Shown: one piece after another, positions 1 to 13,021 of the stretch
How the letters are laid out: every line of letters starts with the position of its first letter
Position numbering within the stretch: the stretch's first letter is position 1
Assembly: GCA_013265495.1 (NCBI GenBank)
Contig: MU058037.1
Span: 1,117,498 to 1,181,497, forward strand
DNA from: Vicugna vicugna
Lineage: Eukaryota
DNA length: 64,000 bases
Direction of reading: 5' to 3'
Notes under the pieces: model-generated
Databases searched by the model: none
What the model was told of the DNA's origin: nothing
Seen by the model: only the letters and a program-made list of their open reading frames with translations
Program-made: the position numbers and the translations under genes

Positions 1-126
1 CTAAATGGAAATACAGTGACAAAAACATTTCAGCCTATTGCTGGGATGAAGAATGACTAACAGTTGATTCATATGCAGCTCCCTTCCTCCTCTTCCTTTC
101 CTTCTTGCACCCTTCCCTCCCCTTAC

Positions 127-559
127 TGAGACAGGAGGAAAGGAGACAGGGCACAACCACTGAAGGAATGACACAGCCATTGAGGACAGGACAACTGTTT
201 AGAACCAAGATGGTGGAGGATTCTACTTCCAGTAGACTTTGAGCCTCATGCCATACCCACAGGTGCCATGACAATTTCCAGACCAAAGGTCAAAAACTGG
301 GCGGGGGCCCAATTCCTGGAACTCTCCACCCCTTCCCCCAAAATAGGTGGAATAACCCTCCTACTTGTTAGCAATATGAAATTACTGAGCCCATGAAAAC
401 TAACAACCCCACTCACAGTCGCTCTCGCTCTCTCTTGCCATCTGAGACTCTGTCTGTGGAGTACATATCTCCTGGAATAAACTTGCTTTTACTTTACTAT
501 GCCTCGCTCTTGAATTCTTTCCTGTGCGACAAAACAAGAACTTATATTCTCCAACATCA
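127..559 (+). mobile_element. ERV1-class solo LTR
   Basis: TG...CA ends with 4-bp TSD TTAC. AATAAA near 476 is followed by a U5-like 'ttgaattctttcctg'. The segment at 200-270 is clearly homologous to 10850-10940. Confidence 0.75.
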
Positions 560-641
560 TTACCACCTCTAACTTCCCTAAACCTGCGCTTTGATAGCTC
601 AATCTTTCTGTGACCCTCTTACAGATGTAAAAATCGAAGCA

Positions 642-961
642 CAGTCAGCCCTCTGTATCTGCAGGTTCCACATCCATGGATTCAACCAAGCACAAATTGA
701 AAATATTTAGGGAAAAAATTTTCAGAAAGCTCCAAAAACCAGAACTCGAATTTGCAGCCTCCCAGCAACTATTGTTATAGCATTTGTATTGTACTAGATA
801 CTATAAGTAACACACAGAGACGATTTAAAGTATATGGGAGGATATGTGTAGGTTATACACAAATATTACACCATTTTATATTAGGGACTTGAGCATCCAC
901 AGATTCTGGTATCCGCAGGGGGTCCTGGAATCAATCACCCGCGAATGCAGAGGGATGGCTG
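642..961. mobile_element. MER2-like Tigger-family MITE
   Basis: Terminal inverted repeats CAGTCAGCCCTCTG / CAGAGGGATGGCTG; body resembles the MER2/MER2B consensus as recalled. Confidence 0.8.
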
Positions 962-2009
962 TAATCGCTCTCCTCTTTTCTTTCCCTGTGAGCCTTGGCT
1001 GGTCTCTGCCCTAGTCCTCTGAGGCACCACCACTCCCCATCCCAGGCCCCATCACAGATTTTCAGCTTTTTTCTTTCTGCACACGTTACACATTTATTGT
1101 ATAACATTTTCTGTGAAATGGTACTGAACTACCTCAGGAGACTTTAAGAACAAGGGAAATCTCTGAAGGTGATTAATGTCATTGGTTGGCATGTCAATGC
1201 AAATAAGAGAAATAATGATTTTAGTATGCTGGATCTAGAAGATAAATTACCGAACCCTTCTGATTTTTATCTTCAGACTACTCTACACCATCACATAATA
1301 ACATCGCCTTCAGTCAAGTCATGTTCCCTGAGGCAGAAAAAGTCTGATATAATTTTTAAATAAGAAAAAAAGACAGAAATACTATTTCTTCACCAAAACT
1401 TGACCTAATGCCCCAACCAGCCAGCCTATAACATTAATAGAAATCACCTAAATTGGAAGTCATAAGGTGAAGTTATCCATAGAAAATATTTATTTAGAGT
1501 CAAAAATCAAAACATAACATATAAAAATTAACCCAAGTGTTATGGCAAAATTTGCCACATTCAGGATAAGAGTCCTCCAGGTAAAGCAGCATTTTGTTAA
1601 GCATCTACTTCTTTCAGATTTTACGAATCCACACTGAAAACAGAGCTCATTTGGTCAGCCTATGGGCAGTTGGTAATTGTTTTTCTCAATTAATGTTATT
1701 TAAAAGTGATTTTCCCTTTTCACTCTTTGCACTCCAGGGTTTTGCCCACAGCATCCTACATCAGACACCAGACCCTGGTGAGTCCCAAATGCATATGCAT
1801 ACATCTGTTACCTTTCCAGCAAAGGTTTTTTTTAAAAAGAGATTCTTCTGAGTTAGTACATTAAAACTGTCTCAACTTCCTCTTTTGACCCCTCTTTACC
1901 CCTTCTCCCCTCACTTAGACATCGGAACTTTGTGTTCTATACAAATGGGTCAAGATGGGTTTATTAATGCATTTGAAGGGACATATGCCAATATTGCTTT
2001 GAGAATAAG

Positions 2010-2658
2010 TGAAACCAAGCTGGGCCTTGAAGGGCCTTCCTGGTGACAGACCCCTCTGTGTTCCGTGCTTCTTGTTTGAAGAAAAAGCTTTAGTCTCCCA
2101 GACCTTCCCCAAGTTCCAAACAGCAGACTCAAGCAGTTAATAATGAGAGAAGTGAGGGAATGCATAAACAAAGGAAAATCAATCAAGCAAAAAGTAATGA
2201 TAGTTTAAGTAATAGTTCAGAAACAGAGTCACAGGACTCTTAGTTCCTCCTCAAGGGATATAAATAACAATCTGCCACATAACCTTGAGGTGGTTTATAG
2301 AAACCAAGACCCCACCAGATGGAAACCACTGACCACAAGCATGTAGACCCCAGACTATCTGGAACCAGAACACTGATGACTGAGATTCTTATAACATCAC
2401 CCTGTTATCTCACCACCAACCAATCAGAAGAATGTCAATGAGCTGATCACACACTCTGCGACCCTCACTCCTAATGTTTCCTTTAAAACCTTTGTCCAAA
2501 ATCCATCAAGAAGTATGGGTCTTGTGAGAATTACCTGCCTACTCTCTTTGCTTGGCACCCTGCAAATAAATGCTGTACTTTCATTCACCACAATCCAGCA
2601 TCAGTAGACTGACTTTGCTGCACATCGGGGGAGCAAATTCAAGTTCAGTTCGATAACA
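2010..2658 (+). mobile_element. ERV1-class solo LTR
   Basis: TGAAAC...ATAACA ends with CCAAT, TATA-like (TTTAAAA) and AATAAA in the expected order. The 5' part is homologous to the LTR at 10361. Confidence 0.7.
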
Positions 2659-2959
2659 GAAGAGGTCAGTTCACCTCACTGTCAGTTGTAGTTTCCTCCA
2701 AAGCTTTGTCTCTGGCAATAAAGAAATCCTACACGGTCAACTAAGATCCTACCTCATACCTATGAATCCAAAACACTTAAATCCACGCTTTCAGTCCCTT
2801 CTCTGAGTTCCTGTTAGTCTTATAATCAGAACAATATAGATGTGTGTTTAATTGCCATTATATTTATTTGGTCTCCCCAACAAATCCACAACCTATGAGA
2901 ACAGGAATCATGATTTAGATCAAATGACATCATGGACATGTAAGCAAACTAAAAACTGT

Positions 2960-3497
2960 TGAAGGAGAGCAGAATTTGCCACCCCAAAACACACATTCTT
3001 GGCATGAGGATTATTTTACATTTTAAGCTGATTATTTTTAGGAAACAGCAGTCTAAGAGAAGCTCAGAAAATGAAAAAGTTGCCCTTTTATAAGGAGGAT
3101 TTACATTTATAAGGGAAATCATCATTTGAAAGAGTATCTTCCTCTGTACTCTGAAGATGTCATGATTAAATCTCTAGATGCTCTTATCAACAGAGAAGGC
3201 AAGACTTAAATCTGTATAACAACCATACCCTTGTTTACTATTCTTTGCCCAGTAATCTCCCATAACTGGCTTCCCTCCTCCACAACATCTTTTGACTCTT
3301 GAGATGGTATTTCAGAGGATGGCTTGGGCCATTTGGGAGAGTTAGGTAGTCCTCCCGGGTCTCACCCACGTATACAGGAAGTATACATGCTATAAAACGT
3401 CTGTTTCCTGATAATGCGTCTTTTTTTTTTTTTCATTACAGAGAGGTCTCAGACAAGAATGTAGAAGGGTAAAGAGAAAAATGTTTCTTCCCCTACA
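2960..3497 (+). mobile_element. MER34-like ERV1 solo LTR
   Basis: Starts TGAAGGAGAGCAGAATTTGCCACCCCAAAA and ends TTCCCCTACA; colinear homology with 13022-13560. Confidence 0.8.
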
Positions 3498-3815
3498 GTG
3501 TTCTGCAAATTTTATGTTGTTAATTTTATGATTTCATATCTTATACTGTTAAGTTTTATGATTTCATATCTCACATGATACGACATTGCACATGATATAA
3601 TTTCGTATCTCACATAATACATATATAGATGTGGGTATCTAGCAAAGAAGTAAAATTTAATCAAATATCATGTTAGTATACAACAGTTATTCCAGCAGTT
3701 ATTCCAAATATAAACTTTAATGGAAATCAAATGACTCCATAAGTTAGTCCAGTCCATCTGAGACTGATGATGACAGTGTAGTACAGGACAGATAGTTAAG
3801 AATGGATTAAAAAAC

Positions 3816-3859
3816 ATATATACACACACACACACACACGTGTGTGTGTGTGTGTATAT
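3816..3859. repeat. Inverted (AC)9/(GT)8 microsatellite
   Basis: Read directly from the sequence. Confidence 0.95.
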
Positions 3860-5721
3860 CTGATAGAAATAGCTGTTGGCTGATAGAGTTCATAAAGAAA
3901 AAGAAAAAACCTTCAAGTTTAATTATGTGTATTAATCTTAAAATAATGTAATTTTAATGAAATTCTTAAAAGGCCTAATGTTGAAGAGATTTTTCTCTTT
4001 AATATATTCAGAAATTATAAATAGTATCTTAATAAAACATAAGATTAAAAAGTCTCCAATCTCCCCATTGGTCTACAGCAGGACATGGCTCCTTAAGTTG
4101 TAACCACTTGATTAGTGAATGTGAGAAATGAAAATTATTATCAACAATTCATGTGACTAACTGAAGGAATAGGCTCTAATCTAGGGGAAGTTCCTAAAAC
4201 TTTTCTTTCTGGCAACTGTCACTTTACTAGAAATACAGACATTAAATATATCAATGTACTAATAAATATTAACTGTCCACTGACTCATAATTTATACTGT
4301 AACTATTTATAAAAATGAGTTTGAATTGGTTCCTGATAAAAATATAATAAAGGCATTGAATTAACAAGTAAAGAAGAGATCCATATTAAGGTTGGGAAAA
4401 GTAGTAGAGTCAGAAAAACTAAGGATAGTTAGAAAATGCTGAGGTTTCTGGCAGCCATGCGAGCTATAAAACAAATCATACCAATTTGTCAGGATCAACA
4501 AACTTGCAAAGTTATTAAAAATGCTGGCAAAAGAAAAAAAAAAAAGAATATCAGGTTATTTTGGCCCCAGATATGCTATAAAGCTATGTGCTAGTCTGGT
4601 GGTGCAGGAGTTTAGCATGTCCTTTTACCAAAAAGCATAAGGCTAGGGTGCAGGTAATAAAAGTAAATCATATTTACTGGGTATGAACAGATAGACTGTG
4701 TTCTAATTTTATAACTCATCTTTTTCTATTTCCTACTTTCCCACTCTGAGAGGAAACGGATCAGAGAGTAGAATAATATTTCAAAATCAACCAGTCTCAA
4801 AAAAAAAAAAGAAGTCAACCAGTTTCACAATGGTCTAGTCCTTTGGCTGTGGATAAACTCCCTCCAGCAAGGAATTCTGCTTGGTCACTTCCAAAACTCA
4901 GCTCTGTTGCAGGGTCCAAGTGCTTTCTTTCAGTGAATGAATTTCCAGTACAAGGTCTTCATGGCCCACAGGTCTGATCGGATCTGCTTGAAAAGACTGT
5001 GGCTGATAATATGTGACAAATGCAACAGTATCCAGCGTTATCCAGAGATGGAGATGACAAACAAGAACATTGGGCCAAATGTGTCATCACCATGACAGCA
5101 CAGTTGAGGACAAGGGTACAAGCAGTGTCCACACTTTTTTCGAAAGAATTCCCAATGAGCTTTCTAAATTACTTGTTTTGCTGGATGTCATTTTACCAAA
5201 AGATGCTTAAAAAGAGCTGTCAGGATTGGGGTCTGATGACATCTGCTATAATAAGATTTAAGCCCGCATAGAGTTGTGAAACCTGGATCTGTTATAGAAA
5301 TTATATTTGGCTCCTTGCGTAGTTTCATGAGACTCTCCTATGAGACAGATTTAGCATTAAATGATAGGGCAGGTTCTGGAACGTGGCCAGGGCACTAGCA
5401 TTAAAAGGACCTTTATCCCAACCGGAAGCTACTGCACTGGGCACGTATGGAGTAGACCAGCCAACCCCTCAGGCAGCTCCCTCACCCTCACTCTGTTGAA
5501 GATAAATTAGAAAGAAGAGATTGCAGTGCAGGAGAGTTGCCACAGTTCTGTGACGGTGTGAATTCTCCCCTCAGGATTAGCCTTGGGCACGGAACACAGC
5601 ACTAACAGTAGCTGACATCCCCAGGCACACATGGTGCTATGCCTTCTACGTGGATTATCTCACGCAGGCCTCATCACAAACTAGCCAGGTAGGCACTGTT
5701 TGTATTCCTATCTACAACTCA

Positions 5722-6205
5722 CTACAGCAGCGGCTTTAACTCTATACCCCCTTGCCTCTAGCCACGGCCTCCGCTGTGAGATCTTTAGCTAAATACGCAG
5801 TCTGCTTCCCCCTCTGTCGATCTGGACTGGCCGCGTGGCTTGGTTTGGACAACAGAATGCAGAAATGACATTATGCCAGTTCTGAGCCTGGGCCTCAGGA
5901 AGCCTCATGTGCCTCAGCAGGCTCACTTGCACGTCTGCCATGGCCGGGAGAACGTGCCCAGGCTAGCCGGCTAATGGAGGTAAAGCACATGGAGCAGAGC
6001 CGAGTCATCCTGATCCCCTCTGCCGAAGCCAGCTAAGACCAGCCAACCCCCAGACATTCAAGAAGTCTAGCCAAGATAAGCAGAGCTGCCCAGGGGACAA
6101 CCAAGTGACTCCAGATGCATCAGCCATAACTGCTGATTGGTGAAGGCCACTGAAGCTTTGAGAGTGGTACCCAGCATTACTACTGTAGCAGAAACAGCAG
6201 AAACT
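5722..6205 (+). mobile_element. MaLR MLT1-type LTR
   Basis: MLT1-like motifs (tgccagttctgagcctgggcctcagga; aaggccactgaagctttg). Boundaries approximate. Confidence 0.65.
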
Positions 6206-7156
6206 CATGTATCATCAGACAGAGACACTATGAGACGCTAACTCAAGTTTTCAGAAAATCAGATATAACTTCTCCATGAGGTCAATATTAAAGCCCTTTA
6301 AAACTCAAATCATTTCGTTTGCCTTAATTCAGACAGGTCTTCCGTAAAGACCCATAGAAACTGATCCTGACATTATAGCTGATACCATCAACTAGGCAAA
6401 CAGAAACAGGGACACTTGATAGCCTGGCAGAATACCCTTTCTTAGTAGGAGCTGTGTTGAAGGAAGCTTTATCTTTATCAGTACAATGGCTGGACTGAGA
6501 GCAACCCTTGAGAGAAGCAGCATCCTCAAGGAGTGAAGAACCCCTCAGTATAAGGGCATTGCTGTAATGCATGACACTGACTTTCATGTGACTTCTGCCA
6601 CTAACGTTAGAGTTACATCTCATTTACTCAACCACTGAGAGAAACGGTGAGCAGGGGAATTGAAGAACTTGAATATTAATGGCAGTACATCAATTCAATT
6701 ATCTCGGCTAACTAATGAGGTGAACTCCTAGTGTAGGGAGGTTGCAAGTTCAAACTCCACCACTGCTATTGGACCCATGTGGGTACTTAAGTCTTCGGCA
6801 CCAGCTGCAGCACTATGGGGTGGGAGGAGAAAACTGTTCTTGGGGTAAGAATTACTACCAGAATTGCTCATGCAGAGCACTCAGAGAATTGGAAGATACT
6901 GCAGGTCATCTATGGCATTACTTGGGGACATGAACAATGTCCTTACCACAAAGGGAAAAAGGAATAAGCTGCTAGAGTGCAGGAGAAATCAGTGAATTGT
7001 TTTACACACTAAGTAAAGTTTTAATTTTGCATTTAATAAAGTCTAAATCTGAAGGATAATGAAAGATTCATTCCTCTTTAACTAAATTAACCTTCTGCAT
7101 ACAGAATGTTTTAATGTATAATAGGAGACGGGTGACTTTACCTTTGATTTGAGGGT

Positions 7157-7616
7157 TGAGAAAGAGTCTCTCTTTAACCAAACTTCAGTCCAGTTCCTTT
7201 GAGCCCTTCTCGACCAGGCCTCGACCTTGGCCCCATCCTGTCCTCGCCAGGTTTGCATGGCCCAGTTTTAGCAAGAATTCTGGTAAGTCAATTCAGAGAG
7301 AATTCCCTCCACCCTTGATATCTGAGCACCCTCCATACCTGGTCAAATTCTTTATACCCAACCCGTGACATCTCAGCACCCTGGCCTGCCTTCAGCAAAA
7401 GTCGCCTGACCCTTAAGGGTTTCCTCGTAGTAATTTTCCACCCACTGGCCCTCTCACTCTGCTCATTGGCCATAAATCCCCAGCTGTCCTTGTCATATTC
7501 AGAGTTGAGCCCAATCTCTCTCCCCTACTTTGAAAGTCTTAACACCCTTTGCAATAGTTGTGAATAAAGTCTTCCTTATCATTTTAACAGGTATCAGAAT
7601 AATGTTTTCTTTAACA
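7157..7616 (+). mobile_element. MER31-like ERV1 solo LTR
   Basis: TGAGAAAGAGTCTCTCTTTAACCAAACTTCAGTC...AATAAA...TTTAACA. Confidence 0.8.
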
Positions 7617-8429
7617 GGAGCCTATAACAAAAACAGAAAATATGAGGGATTAGCAACAAAATGCCTATTGGCAGAGTTGAGATATATGAATAAAGATAAG
7701 TAATTTGGGGACAGGTCTAAAGTGAAATGAAATCATGTGGTATAATAACTTAGCTCAGCCAAAATGTTCAAATGGGAACTCCAATTTCCTTAAATTTTCT
7801 AGAACTACAATTAAAGCACAAAGCATAAAGATCTTTTTTTTCCCTTTTCATCATCAATACAAAAGAAAATTTTTCTTTGACACAGATGTTTACATCTGTG
7901 TCTGCCTTAGTAATTGAAAAAGGGTAAACATTTTTAAGAGATTGTTTTGATGAGAAATCCTACAGAGCCTTGGGTCACCATTCCAAACATCAGGGATCAC
8001 TCCTCAGAATGATATATGTAGAAGATACTGGAAATTGAGCTCAGTGTATGGACTGAGTCAAAGATACACCTCAAATGTTGCTCTTAGATGCAATCTCTGA
8101 TAATCAGCTTGCTTCTTATTGTTTCCCTTTCTTCTAAAAATTAAATGAACACAAAAAATGCAATGTCAACTGGTTAAATGAATTAAGCTTTCACTCTATT
8201 TGTCTTTAAAATACTGACATACTAGAGGAAAAATCTATTCCAACTGTTCCTTACCTCTAAAATGCTAAGAAATAAGAAATATGTGTCTTTTATAAGATTG
8301 TAATACATGAATAAACAATTCCCTAATAAGAGCGAACTAATTGTAGGACAAGCACTAAGAAGTATCCTCATTATGACTGTTCTCATTCCAGTCATAAAAA
8401 ATGGTGAAGACTCGAGTGTTTTTCTGAGA

Positions 8430-8690
8430 GAAGCAATGTAACAGAATACTGGCTTAAAGACAAATTATTATTTGGGTTTGAACTCCCACCCAAACCATTT
8501 TCAAGCTGTATGATGTTGGGGAATTAAACTCTGAGCCTCAGTGTCCTTATCTGGAAAATGGGGGCAATAATAGCAATTGTATGGCCATTGTGAGGATTAC
8601 ATAAGTTAATACACCAGAAGCACTTAGAATGAGTACTAGACAGTCAACTAAATCTCAATGAAAATTAGCTACTTTATTATCATCACCAGA
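8430..8690 (+). mobile_element. MIR SINE
   Basis: MIR core 'ctctgagcctcagtgtccttatctggaaaatgggg...ttgtgaggatta'. Boundaries approximate. Confidence 0.75.
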
Positions 8691-9916
8691 TTTCATGAAC
8701 ATAATATATCCATCATTGCGATCTTCACATGGACATGGATACCTATCTGGGGCATTTACTCATACAATACAGATACAAACTATCATTAATAATAAAAAGG
8801 AAATGGAAGAGAAAAATAATAAGTAACAACTTTAGGCATCCCTGCCCACACACACATACCTCTAAATCCCCTCTCCTGTCATTTAGGTCATGAGCCTACA
8901 GATGATTTGTCACAGTAGAACGAGAGCATCATCTCTGTTTATAGTGATAATCCAGTGTGAATTCTGAGAGTTCCACTTTCATATCCTGTATATAACTTTC
9001 CACAAAAGCAACTTGTTAAATGTTTAGTTAATATGCTGTATTTTTAAATATGTATTATCTTTTTCTAAATAAGATTTTAAAATCAAAGAAGTTCTCTGAC
9101 AGACAAAGTCCTGATTTTTGGTTCTGAGAACTGCGAGAAAATGCTAGTATAAAAGGCACAAAATGGTATCCCAAGGACATATTCAGTTTGGCTTCCAAAG
9201 TATTGACCAAGATTTAAAATGTGGGAGATTTCACATAAAAATCCGTATTTCTGACTTCTCTCAAAAAACAAAACACAAACCCAGAAACCTAGCAAACCTC
9301 GATAGAGACCTTGCATGAATACAGCCTGCCGACTGCTGAATAGCACACTCATTCCTATTCACCACTACTGTGTCCCAGACACCGACGACCAGGGGCAACT
9401 GTCACTTATCACTGCCCTTGCCCTGGCTTCTGCTGACACCCAGCCAGCTTTACTACTGTACATTATTTGAAGTTCCTCGTGGGTTGTGAGGGTATTTGAG
9501 CTTGGAACCCCTGGCTTTTGACTTGACCAAGTTCTCTGCACCTTTCAGGCACTAAACACCTTTAATTTGCCAAATCCATACCACCCAGTCCCTAAGCCAA
9601 TGAGAACCAAGCCTCCAAGGTGTTTAGGTCAGAGGAGAGTCTGGAATTTGCTTCTTCCTCTAAGCTGGTATCTCAGAGAACCTAAAACATCTTCACCAAG
9701 TAGCAGCTTGACTCCAATTCCCAACCCTGTTCCCAGATCATGAATCTCGTGTGATGCTGCTTGAGTCCTTCCCCTCTCATATTTGAGCCCTCCAAGAAAC
9801 CCAGTTGGTCAGATACCAGCAACTCCACCTTCCCAGTCCTGGTTACTAGCACTCACTCACCCAGGGACTAAGCTCTGCCATGCTGAACTCAAGGGGTCCC
9901 TCTTCAATTCTTTAGA

Positions 9917-10153
9917 CAGGCACTGTCCAATATGGTAACCACATGTCCAAAATGGTAGCCACACATGGGAACTGAACACCTGAGATGTGCTAGAAATATG
10001 AAATACACATGGGGAATAATGTTTTAGATATATTTGGTTACACAAAATATATTAAAATTAATTTCACCTGCTTCCTTTTACATCTTAAATAAGGCTAGTA
10101 GAAGATGTAAAATTACCTAAGTGGCTTATACCAAGTTCTGTTGGATAGTGCTA
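9917..10153. mobile_element. MER3/MER33-like hAT-Charlie MITE
   Basis: Ends gcactgtccaat / ttggatagtgc; short internal tandem duplication tgtccaa(t/a)atggta(a/g)ccaca. Confidence 0.7.
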
Positions 10154-10360
10154 CTTTAGGCAACAAAGGTAACCACTGTCCGAAGAGTTCTGCGACTCCC
10201 TACTCTCACTCCAGGGACCTGTCCCTCTAAGACAGGTCAAGTCTGCGGGCAGTCCCACGTGGATTAAGGCCCTGTCTCACTATCTGAAATGTAGGAGATT
10301 GTTCCACATGGCCTCTTTACACAGTTTTCTGTGGAAAGATTCTCCTTTCTCTACATGTAT

Positions 10361-11269
10361 TGATACTGAGCAGGACCCTGTGCAGTCCGCCCTGGTACAA
10401 ATCTTTCCGTATCCCCCCCCCACCCCGTTTCTTGTTTGTAGGAAATAGGCTTCCTTGACTATCCCTGAGTTCCAAAGGGCAGATTCAAACAGTTGCTAAT
10501 CTGGGAAGGGAGGGGATGCAGAAGGAAGGGCCAGGAAACAACAGCGCAGCCTTGGGGCAGAGTCCTGGTTCCCCCTCAGTATCTTCAGCTTCTGTAGGAA
10601 CTATGGCCCCCCAACCCCTGCCTCTTGTTTATAGCTGATGAGAACCTTCAGAGACAGTTTTTTTCTGGGGGACACTGGGTCCAACAGGTTGCAGGCATTC
10701 TGATTAAAAGCAACTTTCCTTTTGTTACTAAGACTGTGGCTCCTAGGATCATACCCCTGCCCCTCCCTCAAATAGAAACCAATTACTCTTATCTAAGTCT
10801 CTGGAGGCAGCTGCAAAGAGAAACAGTAAGAATTGCTTAGAACCTTCAAAGCCCAAGATGGTGGAAGATTTGACTTCCAGTGGACCTTAAGCCTCATTAT
10901 ATTAACATGCTAAATGACACACCCACCAGGGCCATGACAGCTCAAAACTGCCATGACAGCAACCGGAAAAGCCCATACAAGGAGGGAAGACAAGGCGATT
11001 GGCCCAGAAAGAAGACATGATGGCAGAAATCTCCCATAAATGTCCGGAGGGCAGCTGACTGCTTGAGTGCCTTGCCTCCCCTCTCCCCCCACAACCCCAG
11101 CTCTGCCTCCCACCGCTTGAGCACTTTCTTTCGTTCTCCTCTTTTGAGAAATAAAGCGGCTTTTTTTCACTTTGTCCCTCTGCCTCTTCTGAGAATTCTT
11201 TCACAGCCAGCGGCAAGAATCCACACTTTGGTGGGCTTCCTAATTTAGGGGTCTTACTATCCACTAACA
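10361..11269 (+). mobile_element. ERV1-class solo LTR (about 900 bp)
   Basis: TGATAC...CTAACA ends, near-TSD gtat/ctat, AATAAA near 11150. Shares blocks with the LTRs at 127 and 2010. Confidence 0.75.
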
Positions 11270-11842
11270 CTATTCTTACCGTTTCTAATTAAATTTGTAA
11301 AACTCCCATAGTCATGAGTGAATGAATGAATATGAGTGTATATGTGTGCACGTGCAGACTTGCATACGGGAAGTCATAAGGAAACAGTAATGCGAAATTG
11401 TGTTTTCCCCAATGAAAAGGAAGAGAACCCTGGTAAGTTGGGAGAATGGGGGCGGATGCTTTCTCCTCTAGAAAGGAAACAAAGTGAACCGCCCTCTCTG
11501 TAAGGGTGCCAACCAGAGGCAGTTGAGCCAACCCACCATTAACAAGCTATGGAAACAGGTACCTAGGTACCAGTTGTCAAAGGAAAACTAAATAGCTCAG
11601 TGAAAACAACAGCAACAACAAGCCTGGAGGCCCTCACAGGGTTTGGCCCAGTCCATTTAAACCAATCTAAATCAGGGAAATTCTCAAAGATCTGAAAATC
11701 GGAGTGGTCACTTGCACTAATGCAATAGGTTTTAGTAAACCAAGTACTGCTGTCCCGAGTCAAATGCCTGCCCTACTCACATGACGTAAATGCAAGGCTG
11801 CATTTAGTATCGGCTTGCAAACCAATGAATGATGCAAAGACC

Positions 11843-12025
11843 CTGCTACTCCAAGTGTGATCCCTGGACCTGCAGCATCAGCATCATCTGGGAGTTAGTT
11901 ATGCAAATTTTTGGGTCCTAACCCAGACCCAGTTAAAAGATCCTTATTAAAATAAAACGAGATTTTGCATTTTAACGGGAAGATCCTCCTGTGATTCCTG
12001 AACACATTAAAGTTTTAAAAGTACC
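11843..12025. mobile_element. MER5A-like hAT MITE
   Basis: 'aagtgtgatccctggacctgcagcatcagcatcatctggg...tgcattttaac'. Confidence 0.7.
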
Positions 12026-13021
12026 TGAAGTTTAACCTTCTAACTGTATTCATTTGCCTAACAACTGTTTTTGAAAATAAAACAATGGCAGCCCTCCATC
12101 TGAGTTAGTATCTCTGAAATCTGTCCCACTGGGATCTTTCTGTTTTTCTCTTTGGATTGTAGCTAATAATACGGAATGTTTTTCAAGTAAATCAGTGGTT
12201 CCAGGTGGTTCTTGGATGGGAGCCCTGTAACATGGCTATAAAAAGCCAGATATTTCTCTTATAAGTTTCCAACTTAAGTATTCCCTCAGGCAAATAGCTT
12301 CTGCTTAAAGGAGCAAAATACTTTCTGTAAAACAGATGAGTATCTGCGTAACTATCACACTACCTCCGTGTCCCATGTACCTCAAAATAAGGGGGGAACT
12401 GCCAAAATCAACTTAATTTTAGAGTGTCACACCCTGACATATGATAAAGGGTCTTTCACACCAAAACTGAGAAAAACAAATCAATCCACATACCTTTCAT
12501 ATTACTTAAAAGTCTTCTACCGCCAAAAAAATCCTGCTATATAAAAAAAAACACCTCCATTATCCCTTAATTGTTTTTATATCCTTCCCAGGGCTTATAA
12601 TGTAACCACTGTGATTATCTGATAAATTCTCAATCCCTTTACTCTGACCAAAGAGTGAAAAAAAAAAACACACACAAAGGGAATACTGAGTATTTTGAAA
12701 TAAGACATTAATTCTTCAGTGGAATTATTTGCAAGAAGAGGACTTTCAGGTTCAAATATAAAGTATCAAACTTGGCAGAAAATTCTCCGAAGTACAAAAA
12801 TCAGAAAGATTCAAGTAAATGCACTTAGATGTATGGTGTCCCAAAGCAAACTTTAGTACATAGTTATGTAATACATAGCAACACATGATACCAACCAGTT
12901 GAATTACTGTGACTTAACAGATTTTTTTATGTCTCTGCCTTTAAATTCAGTGTTTAATGACCACCTGTATCCTAGCTGCTTACATATTTGTCTCTGACTG
13001 ACCACAGTGGATTGCTATCGG

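Noticed and set aside
11558..11571. Perfect 14-bp palindrome GGTACCTAGGTACC
   Set aside because: About 4 palindromes of this length are expected by chance in 64 kb (64000/4^7).
12190..12230. Short 5S-like word CTTGGATGGGAG
   Set aside because: Only 12 nt match and the flanks are not convincingly similar.
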